Shown one piece after another: positions 36,374 to 45,561 of a DNA stretch of 64,000 bases. Location: positions 1-64,000 of IMG/VR virus record IMGVR_UViG_3300042090_000890, one strand, 5' to 3'. Both the position numbers and the translations under genes were made by a program. The notes under the pieces are model-generated. The model saw only the letters and a program-made list of their open reading frames with translations, did no database searches and had not been told where the DNA came from. The stretch comes from a virus. Each line of letters begins with the position of its first letter. The first letter of the stretch is position 1.

Positions 36374-37421
36374 AATCAACAGGTACCACATTGTCATACC
36401 GGTCGGCGACCCGCACATCCGCAAGGAAGATATTCCGGAAGCAAAGAAGTTCATAAAGTGGCTCATCAAAAGTGCGTTCAATCTTTACGAGAACACGGGC
36501 GATAAGATACTTGTGCTGTTCATGGGCGACCAACTGAATGACTTTGGCATAGCCAGAGCTGAAGTGCTAGAATTTTGGAAATGGGCCTATGACGAATTTA
36601 AGCCGGTAAAAGGCGCCGTAGACACAATGTCTCTGATCGGCAACCACGACATGAACCAAGAGGAGTCCGCTTCGACCATGTCCGTGTATGATCAGCGCAC
36701 TATTCTAGCCGGTAGAGAACCAGTGTTCATAAACAATACCGCAGCCGCTATTGGGTTCGTTCGCAGTGAAGATGTTTTTCGCGCTCACGTCATTCAAGCG
36801 TACAACGCGGGAGCCAGGACTATTTTTTGCCACGCCGAATTTGAAGGATCGCAGTACGAGTCCGGCACATACGCGCCGAACGGTTTCAAACTTGACCGGT
36901 ATCCAGACGACTTGTCGTTCATCACCGGCCACATTCACAAGCAACAGCAGTTCGGCAAGGTATGGTGCGTCGGTACGCCGCGTCACTTGACGAAATCCGA
37001 TATAGGCGAAGTCAAAGGCGTAAACGCTTTGAATCTCACGAATGGCGTTACACTGTTCTCGCCGACGCCGGAAGATGTGTTCGAGTCGTTCAAATCGATC
37101 GTCCTCGAAGAATCACCTACGTTTGACGAGAAGGTGATAAAAGACATTAAGGACTCGACCAAGGTGTACATCGAGATCAAAGGCTCTCGCGACTTCTGTA
37201 AGAAAATCGCTCGACTGATTCCGTCTCTGTGCAAGGTTCGGTCGACGTACACTGATCTTGAAAGAACGGCCACGGTTAAAGAATCCGAAGGCATTCCGAA
37301 GACATTCGCGAAGTTTTCGGACGAGTATTTCAAGACGCACAATGTGCCGGACCACGTCAAGAAAGCTATTTTGGACAAAGTGTTTAAGAGATGTCCGTCT
37401 TTAAAGGATGGTGTACGATGA
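36363..37421 (+). CDS. SbcD/Mre11/gp47-like nuclease
   Basis: GDPH, MGD, IGNHD, FCH, TGHIH, VGTP. Confidence 0.82.
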   Translation: MEDKINRYHIVIPVGDPHIRKEDIPEAKKFIKWLIKSAFNLYENTGDKILVLFMGDQLNDFGIARAEVLEFWKWAYDEFKPVKGAVDTMSLIGNHDMNQEESASTMSVYDQRTILAGREPVFINNTAAAIGFVRSEDVFRAHVIQAYNAGARTIFCHAEFEGSQYESGTYAPNGFKLDRYPDDLSFITGHIHKQQQFGKVWCVGTPRHLTKSDIGEVKGVNALNLTNGVTLFSPTPEDVFESFKSIVLEESPTFDEKVIKDIKDSTKVYIEIKGSRDFCKKIARLIPSLCKVRSTYTDLERTATVKESEGIPKTFAKFSDEYFKTHNVPDHVKKAILDKVFKRCPSLKDGVR

Positions 37422-37741
37422 GCGACGTCAAAGCTACCGTAGAAGAGCAGCTGCAGCTGTTAAAAGGCATGACGGTCAGAACCGGCATGATCCACGAGGC
37501 GCAAGCCCTCCAGCTCAGAAACTGGCCTATGCTAATTCCAAGCGTATCCAAAGCAGAGGCACGCGTCGACACAGAACTGCAGACGGTCACGTTCGTGTGT
37601 AAGGCGAATAGGCTGTACTCGAACAAGAAAACAAAGTTGCTGTACAAGAACATCGGCGAGTGGGTACGCAACCTACTCTGGAACGAGACTCGCGTAGTCA
37701 TCGAAATCAACGGCAAGAAGGTCTTCGACACGGCCAATTGA
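37418..37741 (+). CDS. hypothetical protein
   Basis: ATGA overlap. Confidence 0.6.
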   Translation: MSDVKATVEEQLQLLKGMTVRTGMIHEAQALQLRNWPMLIPSVSKAEARVDTELQTVTFVCKANRLYSNKKTKLLYKNIGEWVRNLLWNETRVVIEINGKKVFDTAN

Positions 37742-37762
37742 TGATTTTCGGTATAATGAGGT

Positions 37763-38419
37763 ATGTCGAGCGAAAAAGGCCTCCAATTATACCGACCTGA
37801 CGATTACGTGACGCTTGCGAAAGCTGACCTTTCGCCGGAAGATCAAATAATTCTGACAGCTTACGTCGAAAAAGGCGGTCACCCGCTGTCACCGGTCGTG
37901 TCGACGAATATGTTCGAGTTGTTTTTGAACGGTTCGGATGCCCACGAGATCCACCGCCTCAACAGCGCGTTCCCTCTCGGCGCGATCATGGATGCCCAGA
38001 TCCGTTACAAGTGGACCGCCGCCCGCGACGCGGACGCGCTCGCCCGCCAGAGCAAAATGCGAGATACCGTTATGCGGGCGCAGGTCGCTACGACTGAGCT
38101 GATGTCTGACATGCTGGTAGCGGCCAACAAGCAACACAGCGACAAGCTCAAGAAATTCATCCAGACCGGCGACGAGAAGGATTTGGATGGCGCGCTGAAT
38201 ATCGAATCCCTGCACAGCTTGCTAAAGATCACCGAAGGGTTGCTCAAAATTACCGGCCAAGACCGTGTGTCAAAGGTCAAGACAGAGAATACGCAGAACT
38301 TGAACGTCAGCTTGACCGGCGCCGGGCCGTCCAATGACCTTTCGGACGAAGAGGCTGGTCGAATCCTTGAGATTCTGTCTGATGCAAAGCGGAGGAAAAA
38401 TGCTGAGTCCAAAAAATAG
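37763..38419 (+). CDS. probable terminase small subunit
   Basis: Helical protein just upstream of TerL; positional inference. Confidence 0.45.
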   Translation: MSSEKGLQLYRPDDYVTLAKADLSPEDQIILTAYVEKGGHPLSPVVSTNMFELFLNGSDAHEIHRLNSAFPLGAIMDAQIRYKWTAARDADALARQSKMRDTVMRAQVATTELMSDMLVAANKQHSDKLKKFIQTGDEKDLDGALNIESLHSLLKITEGLLKITGQDRVSKVKTENTQNLNVSLTGAGPSNDLSDEEAGRILEILSDAKRRKNAESKK

Positions 38420-38861
38420 GATTCTAGTATGGCAAGTGAAAAATAAAATCTTCCAAAAGTTGTATAAATTTTTGGTATGGGCTTTCGGCATGGAAAGCGA
38501 GATCATCGATGTGCTCAATCGAGCCAGAGGCGAGATCACTGGCCTCCGTGCCGACAAGGAAAAGCTGGAGAAACAGGTTGTACTGCACGACCGTGGCACT
38601 TCCCTCGACGTACGTTCGTCACTCGCGGCTATCGATCTCGATTCGCTCGGAGAGATCATTTGGATAACGGTCGGCGACGAGCGCATGCTTAGGGCTGACG
38701 TCTTCAATCAGATACGAGACTATTACAACACTCACGGAAAAGGTCACTCGATCTTGTTGGTCACTGGCCCGAACGTGACGTTCAAGTCTCTCACGGACGG
38801 AGATTTAGAAGAAGCTGGGCTTCGCCGACTTTCGAGGCTTGAGCGCATAGGCTTACGATGA
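38400..38861 (+). CDS. hypothetical protein
   Basis: GGAGG RBS, ATG 38400. Confidence 0.6.
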   Translation: MLSPKNRILVWQVKNKIFQKLYKFLVWAFGMESEIIDVLNRARGEITGLRADKEKLEKQVVLHDRGTSLDVRSSLAAIDLDSLGEIIWITVGDERMLRADVFNQIRDYYNTHGKGHSILLVTGPNVTFKSLTDGDLEEAGLRRLSRLERIGLR

Positions 38862-40765
38862 GTGTTTCCCGACCGGTCGATCCACATTTAGCTCAGACAT
38901 TTCTAAAGCGCTTCACGAGCCCGAAGCACGCTAAGACGTGGATTCACAATTTCCTCGATCTGGACTTCCCGGATTCGTGGGTAGACCCAGATTCGAATTC
39001 GAGTCCGGTGCATTGGCTATACGAAACGTACAAGATGTACGAGGCCAATATGGGCCACACGTCTCCGAGCACGATCGTGATTTCCTCGCGGGAGTCGTAC
39101 AAGACACTTTCAGAAGCGGCGTTCGCAATCATCATGATGGTCCAATTCGGCGCCTCGATCGCTCATATGGCCGCTATCGTACCGCAGGCGACCGCCGCGC
39201 AGAATTACATTTCCATGTTCATCGACAAGATCAAACCGTATCTGGAATACCACAAGATCGAGTTGGACTCGTCGAACGCAAAGGAAATCAGTTTAAAGCT
39301 GAATCCCGGCACGCCGGAAGAGAAACAGGCGTACATGAAGATCATCGTTTGCACCGTTACCGGCGCGAACAGTTCGCATACGAACATCTTCACGATCGAC
39401 GAGATCGATACGATCCGGTCTCGCGAGCAGCTGCGCGCCTACAAAGAAGCGGAGTACATTCCTGGAGTGTTCAACGGCCAGCATCCGGTTACGATCAAAA
39501 CATCGACATTGAAATTCCCTGGCGGACTATTTACCAAAGAGATGGAGAAGGCCCAGAAGTCCGGCCATCGCGTATTCCGGTGGAATATCATCGACATCAC
39601 TGAGAAGTGTCAATCGGCCCGACATCTGCCGGACAAGCCAAAGCAGTTCGTGTATGTTGCTCGCAGCCTGCCGCTTCGGACCATCACGGAAATCGAATAT
39701 GCGAATCTGATCGAAAAGGAAAAAGAAGGTTTCGACCGTGTCGAGGCGTACGAAGGTTGCCTCAAGTGTCCTCTTCTTCCGGTGTGCCGCACCCGTTTAG
39801 CGCACCGCTCCGAAAAGGATGTTGGCGGTTTGTGGAAGCCGATCGATTTTACAATCTCACAGTTCGACAAAGACCCGGACCTGGCCGAAGCTCAGCTGAT
39901 GTGCTGGAAGCCTTCGTCCGCTGGTATGGTTTATCCCCGATTCGTCGATCTCGCCGATGGGACCGGCAACACGTACAGTCTTAAGCAGGCGTGGGAAGTT
40001 TACACCGGAGAAAAAGCGCCGACAGGCCTCGTGTTCCCGCACCTGATCGAGTTCATGCTCAGCAAAGGTATTCGGTTCTATGCCGGTGTCGATTGGGGCA
40101 CCACACATGCCTTCGCGATTTCGGTGTCCGCCAAGATGCCAAATGGCGAATGGTGGTTGGTAGACGGATATTCCGTACCGCAGCTCGAATTCGCCCAGAT
40201 GATGGCGCTCGCGATAGAAGTCCGGGACATGTACCGCGTCGCGCAGTGGTTCGCGGATACATCGGAGCCGATGTTCATCAAAGAATTCAAGAACGCCCGC
40301 ATGCCATGCAAGAAGTTCACGAAGGATGTCTTCGGAGGCATCTCAGCTGTTCGCGGTCGGATTATCAACGCCCGCAACCGTCGGTTCTTGAAAGTCATCA
40401 AGCACGACCGAACTGAGCTGTTCATCAAGATGTTTGCGGAGCACTGCTTTAAACTGGATACCCTCGGCAATCTGACGAAGGACCCGGACGATGGTGAGTA
40501 CGCAGATATCGCTGACTCAGTGCGGTATCAAGCCCAGAACCTGTACAAGATTTCCAAGATCAATACTCCCCCGCCGCCGCAGCCGGTCAACCCGTTCGAA
40601 CAGTTCTTTGCACAGACTCCTACTCCGGAAAAGCACTTTCAGGATTGGCAGACCCAGAAAAGACAGGTTTTGGACGGCGGAGACACCTCCGCAGGTTTGA
40701 AGGGAAAGTCGGCTGACGGGAACGTTATATGGGACTTTGGCACCGAAGAGGGTGCCGATGATTAG
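38858..40765 (+). CDS. terminase large subunit
   Basis: Deviant Walker A SSRESYKT, Walker B FTIDE, TST motif, RNase H-like GVDWG...FAD...DIADSVRY; upstream of portal. Confidence 0.85.
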   Translation: MSVSRPVDPHLAQTFLKRFTSPKHAKTWIHNFLDLDFPDSWVDPDSNSSPVHWLYETYKMYEANMGHTSPSTIVISSRESYKTLSEAAFAIIMMVQFGASIAHMAAIVPQATAAQNYISMFIDKIKPYLEYHKIELDSSNAKEISLKLNPGTPEEKQAYMKIIVCTVTGANSSHTNIFTIDEIDTIRSREQLRAYKEAEYIPGVFNGQHPVTIKTSTLKFPGGLFTKEMEKAQKSGHRVFRWNIIDITEKCQSARHLPDKPKQFVYVARSLPLRTITEIEYANLIEKEKEGFDRVEAYEGCLKCPLLPVCRTRLAHRSEKDVGGLWKPIDFTISQFDKDPDLAEAQLMCWKPSSAGMVYPRFVDLADGTGNTYSLKQAWEVYTGEKAPTGLVFPHLIEFMLSKGIRFYAGVDWGTTHAFAISVSAKMPNGEWWLVDGYSVPQLEFAQMMALAIEVRDMYRVAQWFADTSEPMFIKEFKNARMPCKKFTKDVFGGISAVRGRIINARNRRFLKVIKHDRTELFIKMFAEHCFKLDTLGNLTKDPDDGEYADIADSVRYQAQNLYKISKINTPPPPQPVNPFEQFFAQTPTPEKHFQDWQTQKRQVLDGGDTSAGLKGKSADGNVIWDFGTEEGADD

Positions 40766-40775
40766 CCTAATCTTC
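40760..40775 (+). promoter_or_regulatory. candidate late promoter/operator GATTAGCCTAATCTTC (copy 1)
   Basis: Identical 16-mer at 45530-45545. Confidence 0.5.
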
Positions 40776-40812
40776 AAGGAATATAATGCCTTGAGATTTC
40801 AAAGAGGTAAAT

Positions 40813-42447
40813 ATGCACCAGAATTCAAATGATTGCCCGGACAGTATACTGAACATGATGGTCAGTATGCTTTGCTACCAGGACGGCCAAGTTACCGACA
40901 ATCCGCACCAGCGTGCGTTCGATTATCGGCTCCGCCTTGAAAGCATCGGATGTAAGAACCCGTACGGCAACGAAGTCCTGATAGGCCCCGGCCAGTCGTT
41001 CTCGCTATTTTCCAGCGTCATTGCTACCGGGCTGACCGGCAGCTCGATCGTGAACATGGACCCGCAATCGCCGCCGGAGTCGATTTACCGGTTGTCGGTA
41101 TCATCCGGCACGACGAATAATTTCCGCACCGGTCGCACGGTGTCTGATCTCGCAGGTTGCACGGTCACGGTCAACAACAACGCCGTCGCCGTATTCCAAT
41201 TCACTGGAGCTAACTACACGAATAACAACCAGAATTTCTCGGCCAATGCTGCAATCGTAGCCGGTACGACATTGATCGCAACCGGCACGGGCGCGCCAGC
41301 TTTCAACGCGTATCAGATGACAACTGCACCGGCAAATGCTACGGCAGGCGCCGTATACCAAGATGCTCTGAACACCAATCAGCGATATACCGTCGAGCAG
41401 ACGGTCTCAGGCGGTACGACCTTGATTGCTTCCGGCCCGACACCGCCCGAATCGACTTTTGCGATCACGTGCAGCCCGGCATCAGCATCCGCAGGCGCGG
41501 TTTACCAGCTGAACGGCCATCATTACCACGTCACCACCACGATTACAGGCGGTGCGTTGCTTACGGCTACTGGCTACACACAGCCGCCTGCGTCCGGCGT
41601 TTTGACGTATGTGTCCGGTACCGGTGACCCGACGATCACATATTCCTCGTTTACGCTCTCAGGCTCTCTGACACTTTTTTCTGGTACCGGCGATGGAACG
41701 ATTACGTATTCAGGATACGTCCCGGTCGGATTGCTGACTCTCGACAGCGGCGTGGGCGATTCTTTGATCATTTACACGTCTGTCACGGCTGTCGGAAATC
41801 AGTACACGTTCACGGTTAACCCGGCGAATGCTTCCGTTCCGAACATCAGTACGGTGCAGGTCGGCGACATTATGCGCATCAACGGCCAGATGGGTTATGA
41901 TACTCCGCCTTATGCGTTTAATCCAATAAATTCAGGCAGTTGGATCATCATCGCTGTCTCCGGAACCACAGTCCAAGCGGTTCGTCCGGCGGGAACAGCG
42001 TTCCAAGCCGTCCAAGAAACACCTCCCGGCCCAACCGTCAACGATGTGATGTTCTACGCGAACGACAAGGTCATGCCCGGTATGATGTTCCAGATTACCG
42101 GCACATTCAGCCCAGTCACCCAGCGCACATACACCGTCCTTGATTCCACTCCGAACTTCATCCAGTTCTGTTCGACGCAGCCGATTCCTAAAGAGGACGG
42201 ACTGACTTTTGTGCCAGGCACTGCAACTTTTTATACAGGCGTCAAGAAAATGGTGTATGTTGAGGTTGATCAGCCATGCGCGGCCCAGTTCAATGGACAG
42301 GTCGACGTGCTGAACATGATCACACCGATCAAGCCAGGCTCAAGAAATTTGAGAGGCTTTTTAACAAAGATGGGCGAAACGTACAGCTGTACGGTCGTCA
42401 ACACTTCGGTGAATCAGGCGCACGTTAAGTTTTTTACAGTCGAGTAA
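40813..42447 (+). CDS. virion structural protein with nested Thr/Gly-rich beta repeats
   Basis: Position in head module; three interleaved copies of an AGAVY...GGTTL...SGTGD.TITY unit. Confidence 0.65.
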   Translation: MHQNSNDCPDSILNMMVSMLCYQDGQVTDNPHQRAFDYRLRLESIGCKNPYGNEVLIGPGQSFSLFSSVIATGLTGSSIVNMDPQSPPESIYRLSVSSGTTNNFRTGRTVSDLAGCTVTVNNNAVAVFQFTGANYTNNNQNFSANAAIVAGTTLIATGTGAPAFNAYQMTTAPANATAGAVYQDALNTNQRYTVEQTVSGGTTLIASGPTPPESTFAITCSPASASAGAVYQLNGHHYHVTTTITGGALLTATGYTQPPASGVLTYVSGTGDPTITYSSFTLSGSLTLFSGTGDGTITYSGYVPVGLLTLDSGVGDSLIIYTSVTAVGNQYTFTVNPANASVPNISTVQVGDIMRINGQMGYDTPPYAFNPINSGSWIIIAVSGTTVQAVRPAGTAFQAVQETPPGPTVNDVMFYANDKVMPGMMFQITGTFSPVTQRTYTVLDSTPNFIQFCSTQPIPKEDGLTFVPGTATFYTGVKKMVYVEVDQPCAAQFNGQVDVLNMITPIKPGSRNLRGFLTKMGETYSCTVVNTSVNQAHVKFFTVE

Positions 42448-42455
42448 GGTGACGA

Positions 42456-44654
42456 ATGGCCAACGAAGAAGGCAAGAAAAAGCGGTACCAACAGAGACAA
42501 GAAATTGTCGCGTTGGACCCCAACGCTTTGAAGTTACTCAAAGCGGAAGCTGACGCTCGCCAGAAATCCAACGATGAAGAAGAAGTCACTCCGGCGGATA
42601 CCGGCGTGTTGGGCGAGATCGTAAAATCGATCAAAGCTCAGAACGCGATGCAGGCGGCCCAACTGGAGCGAATGTCGTTCCAGGTCGACCCGAACGCGAA
42701 CTACTCCGGCGCTCTCGGTTTTTACAAGCTCAAGCAGAACTTAACTCCTGATCATATCATCAAACGGATCTGCGGTCCGGGCGGCGACGAACTCGTTAAC
42801 GAGATTCTCCAAGCTCGCTCGAATCACATCTCGTCCTTCGGTCGGCCACGTACCGATCGTTTCAGTGTAGGCTTTGAATTCCAAGACATGGACAAGAACG
42901 CCAAGCGTTCGGAAGAAGATCAGCGGAAGATCCAAGAAATGATCGATGCCGCTAAGAAGACCTTCTGGCAATGCGGTCGCGGTACGCTCGAAGGCGAACT
43001 CGACCAAGTAAACCTGTCTCAATTCTTAAAGCTGGTGACCCGCGATGGACTTGGATTCGGACGCCTAGCTACTGAAAGAGTTTGGTGGACCAATCCAAAA
43101 ACTGGCAAGAAAGAGCTGTACGCATGGCGCGCAGCCGATGCCGGAACAATGCTCAAGATTCTGCCGCAGAAAGAGCACGATCAATCTCTCCGCCAAGAAG
43201 CTATTCGTCAGTTGCAACAGATCAAAAACAAAAAGATCGACATCGAGAAGTACAAGAAAGATGAGTACCGCTACGTTCAGGTTATCGAAGGTAAACCTAT
43301 TCAGACATTCACTGAAGAGGAAATGGTCATCTACAATTTGTATCCGACGACCGGCATCGAATACAACGGTTACCCCCTGACCCCGATCGATCAAGCCCTT
43401 AACGCAATCACGACTCACATCAACATCACGGTCCATAACAAACTGTACTTTCAGCACGGTCGCGCATCCAAAGGGATGTTGGTATTCCAGTCGGATTCTA
43501 TGGACGAGGCAGCTGCCCAGCGCATTCGCCTACAGTTCCATCAGTCTATCAACTCCGTCCAGAACTCGTGGCGCATGCCGGTGTTCGCGATCGGGTCTGA
43601 GGACAAACTGACTTGGGAAGCAATCGACAACTCAGGCCGCGATGCAGAGTTCCAATACCTCATGGACAACAATGCTCGGGTGATCTTGTCGGCGTTCCAG
43701 ATGTCGCCGGAAGAATTGCCGGGTTACGCCCACCTCGCTCGCGGAACGAACACGCAGGCTCTCTCGGAATCTGACAATGAATGGAAGCTCACCGCAGCCC
43801 GCGACGTTGGTTTACGTCCTCTGCTAAGCGACATTCAAGATTTCTTGAACACGCACATTCTCCCGTTCGTCGACGCGGAACTCGCGAAGACGCACCAGAT
43901 CGTGTTAACTGGTCTCGACAAGGATTCTCCGGAAAAAGAGAATACCCGCCTGCAGCAAGATATGGCCGTTCACATGAACTACAACGAAGTCATGGAACAG
44001 GTCGAGAAGAACCCGATCCCGGTCGAACTGGGCGGCGACTTCCCTCTCAATCCTCAGTACCAAGCAGTCGCGGATAAGTACCTCACGGTCGGCCAGATCC
44101 TGGAGAATTTCTTCAAGGTCAAAGGCGCCGCATCCGATCCTCGTTATCAGTACATCCGTGATCCGTTCTGGTTCCAGAACAAACAGCTCATCCTCCAGGA
44201 AGCTCAGATCGCGATGCAGCAGTCCATGCAAGCTCAACAGATGATGCAACAGCAAGCGCTGGCCGAGCAAGGTATCGCGACCGATGAGAACGGCAACCCC
44301 GTTCAGCCCGGTGACGATGACGACAAAGGCGGCGGAGATGACTCCGGCGGAGACGATGATTCGGGCGGAGACGACTCCGGCGGCGGAGATCAGCCTCCGG
44401 AACAGACATCCAAGGCGGAGAAAGCGATCGACATCGTGAAAGAAATCACTGCCAAGAACGTGGCCTGGTCGGCGAACAACTACGTCGTCCTCGAAAAGGC
44501 CATCCGCAACAATCACAACAGAATCTCGCGACAGCTCCTGAAGCGTCACAATGAACTTGTGACGGCCACGATGGATAACTGGAAGCGCCAGTCCGCGAAG
44601 GAACTGGCAGCCATGGGCAAAGCGCTCAAAGACGGTAAGAAGAAGGGGAGCTGA
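42456..44654 (+). CDS. portal protein
   Basis: Position between TerL and MuF; YNGYPLTP, NKLYFQHG..SKGML, ILSAFQMSPEEL, GLRPLL pattern. Confidence 0.85.
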   Translation: MANEEGKKKRYQQRQEIVALDPNALKLLKAEADARQKSNDEEEVTPADTGVLGEIVKSIKAQNAMQAAQLERMSFQVDPNANYSGALGFYKLKQNLTPDHIIKRICGPGGDELVNEILQARSNHISSFGRPRTDRFSVGFEFQDMDKNAKRSEEDQRKIQEMIDAAKKTFWQCGRGTLEGELDQVNLSQFLKLVTRDGLGFGRLATERVWWTNPKTGKKELYAWRAADAGTMLKILPQKEHDQSLRQEAIRQLQQIKNKKIDIEKYKKDEYRYVQVIEGKPIQTFTEEEMVIYNLYPTTGIEYNGYPLTPIDQALNAITTHINITVHNKLYFQHGRASKGMLVFQSDSMDEAAAQRIRLQFHQSINSVQNSWRMPVFAIGSEDKLTWEAIDNSGRDAEFQYLMDNNARVILSAFQMSPEELPGYAHLARGTNTQALSESDNEWKLTAARDVGLRPLLSDIQDFLNTHILPFVDAELAKTHQIVLTGLDKDSPEKENTRLQQDMAVHMNYNEVMEQVEKNPIPVELGGDFPLNPQYQAVADKYLTVGQILENFFKVKGAASDPRYQYIRDPFWFQNKQLILQEAQIAMQQSMQAQQMMQQQALAEQGIATDENGNPVQPGDDDDKGGGDDSGGDDDSGGDDSGGGDQPPEQTSKAEKAIDIVKEITAKNVAWSANNYVVLEKAIRNNHNRISRQLLKRHNELVTATMDNWKRQSAKELAAMGKALKDGKKKGS
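44311..44390 (+). repeat. Gly/Asp/Ser coding repeat in portal C-terminus
   Basis: GDDDDKGGGDDSGGDDDSGGDDSGGGD. Confidence 0.7.
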
Positions 44655-45535
44655 TGAAGCTCACCGACGCCCAGCGGAATGTCATCATCGAACGCATTGA
44701 GTCTCTCTTCGAGGGGACCAAAGCGCGCCTGTTAGGGTCGATGTTCAAAGGCCCGAAGCTATACTTCGAAGTCGTCCGTCGGTCGGACCCTCTGCATACT
44801 ATCGAAGGCTTGTACAATTTCACGCTGAAGACCATGTACGGCGCGACTGCCGAGCCGAACAAGAAAAATATCGAACATCTAGCTGAAATAACTGGGAATT
44901 ATATGGATTCCCAGCAGCTGAAGATCAAGAATCACATCTTGGCGGACGTGGCCAAGGCTAAAACGCCGTCAGAAGCGATCCGCTCGATACGCGGTCACTT
45001 CGAGCAGGCCGGGAAGTACGTCGATCTGCTAGTATCGAACGAAACCCGCATCGTTCAGACGTACGCCTCGCGCGAAGGTATCGGCAAACTGGCGTCGGAC
45101 ATCGGAGTGAAAGACCCGACCGTCGTATTCCTAGGCGTTTGCGACCATAAAATCTGTAAGTATTGCAAGAGCATGTACCACGACTCTGCGGCGATCCGCA
45201 AGCCGAAGCCGTATAAGCTGTCTCAGGTACAGGAAGGGTATTTCAAGCCGAAGGATTGGGACGGGAAGACGCCGCACCAGGCTCCGCTACATCCGCGTTG
45301 CCGACACGTAATGAGCTTCGTGCCGCCGAACTTCGGGTTCAACGACGCAGGCGTGATCGAGTTCAAGGAATTCGGCTACGATTACCACAAAGAGTACTGG
45401 AAGCTGAAGAAAGCCGAGGAACTGCCGCCTGACTCAACACCCATGGCGAGTTTCCTGAGTTACGACGAGTACTTGGAGATGAATATCATCCACGAAGCTG
45501 AACATCTACACGATGAGTTCTGCACGCACGATTAG
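44654..45535 (+). CDS. MuF/SPP1 gp7-like head morphogenesis protein
   Basis: NETR...D.KICKYC...APLHPRCRH; follows portal. Confidence 0.8.
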   Translation: MKLTDAQRNVIIERIESLFEGTKARLLGSMFKGPKLYFEVVRRSDPLHTIEGLYNFTLKTMYGATAEPNKKNIEHLAEITGNYMDSQQLKIKNHILADVAKAKTPSEAIRSIRGHFEQAGKYVDLLVSNETRIVQTYASREGIGKLASDIGVKDPTVVFLGVCDHKICKYCKSMYHDSAAIRKPKPYKLSQVQEGYFKPKDWDGKTPHQAPLHPRCRHVMSFVPPNFGFNDAGVIEFKEFGYDYHKEYWKLKKAEELPPDSTPMASFLSYDEYLEMNIIHEAEHLHDEFCTHD

Positions 45536-45545
45536 CCTAATCTTC
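45530..45545 (+). promoter_or_regulatory. candidate late promoter/operator GATTAGCCTAATCTTC (copy 2)
   Basis: Identical to 40760-40775. Confidence 0.5.
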
Positions 45546-45561
45546 TAATAGATATACATAC

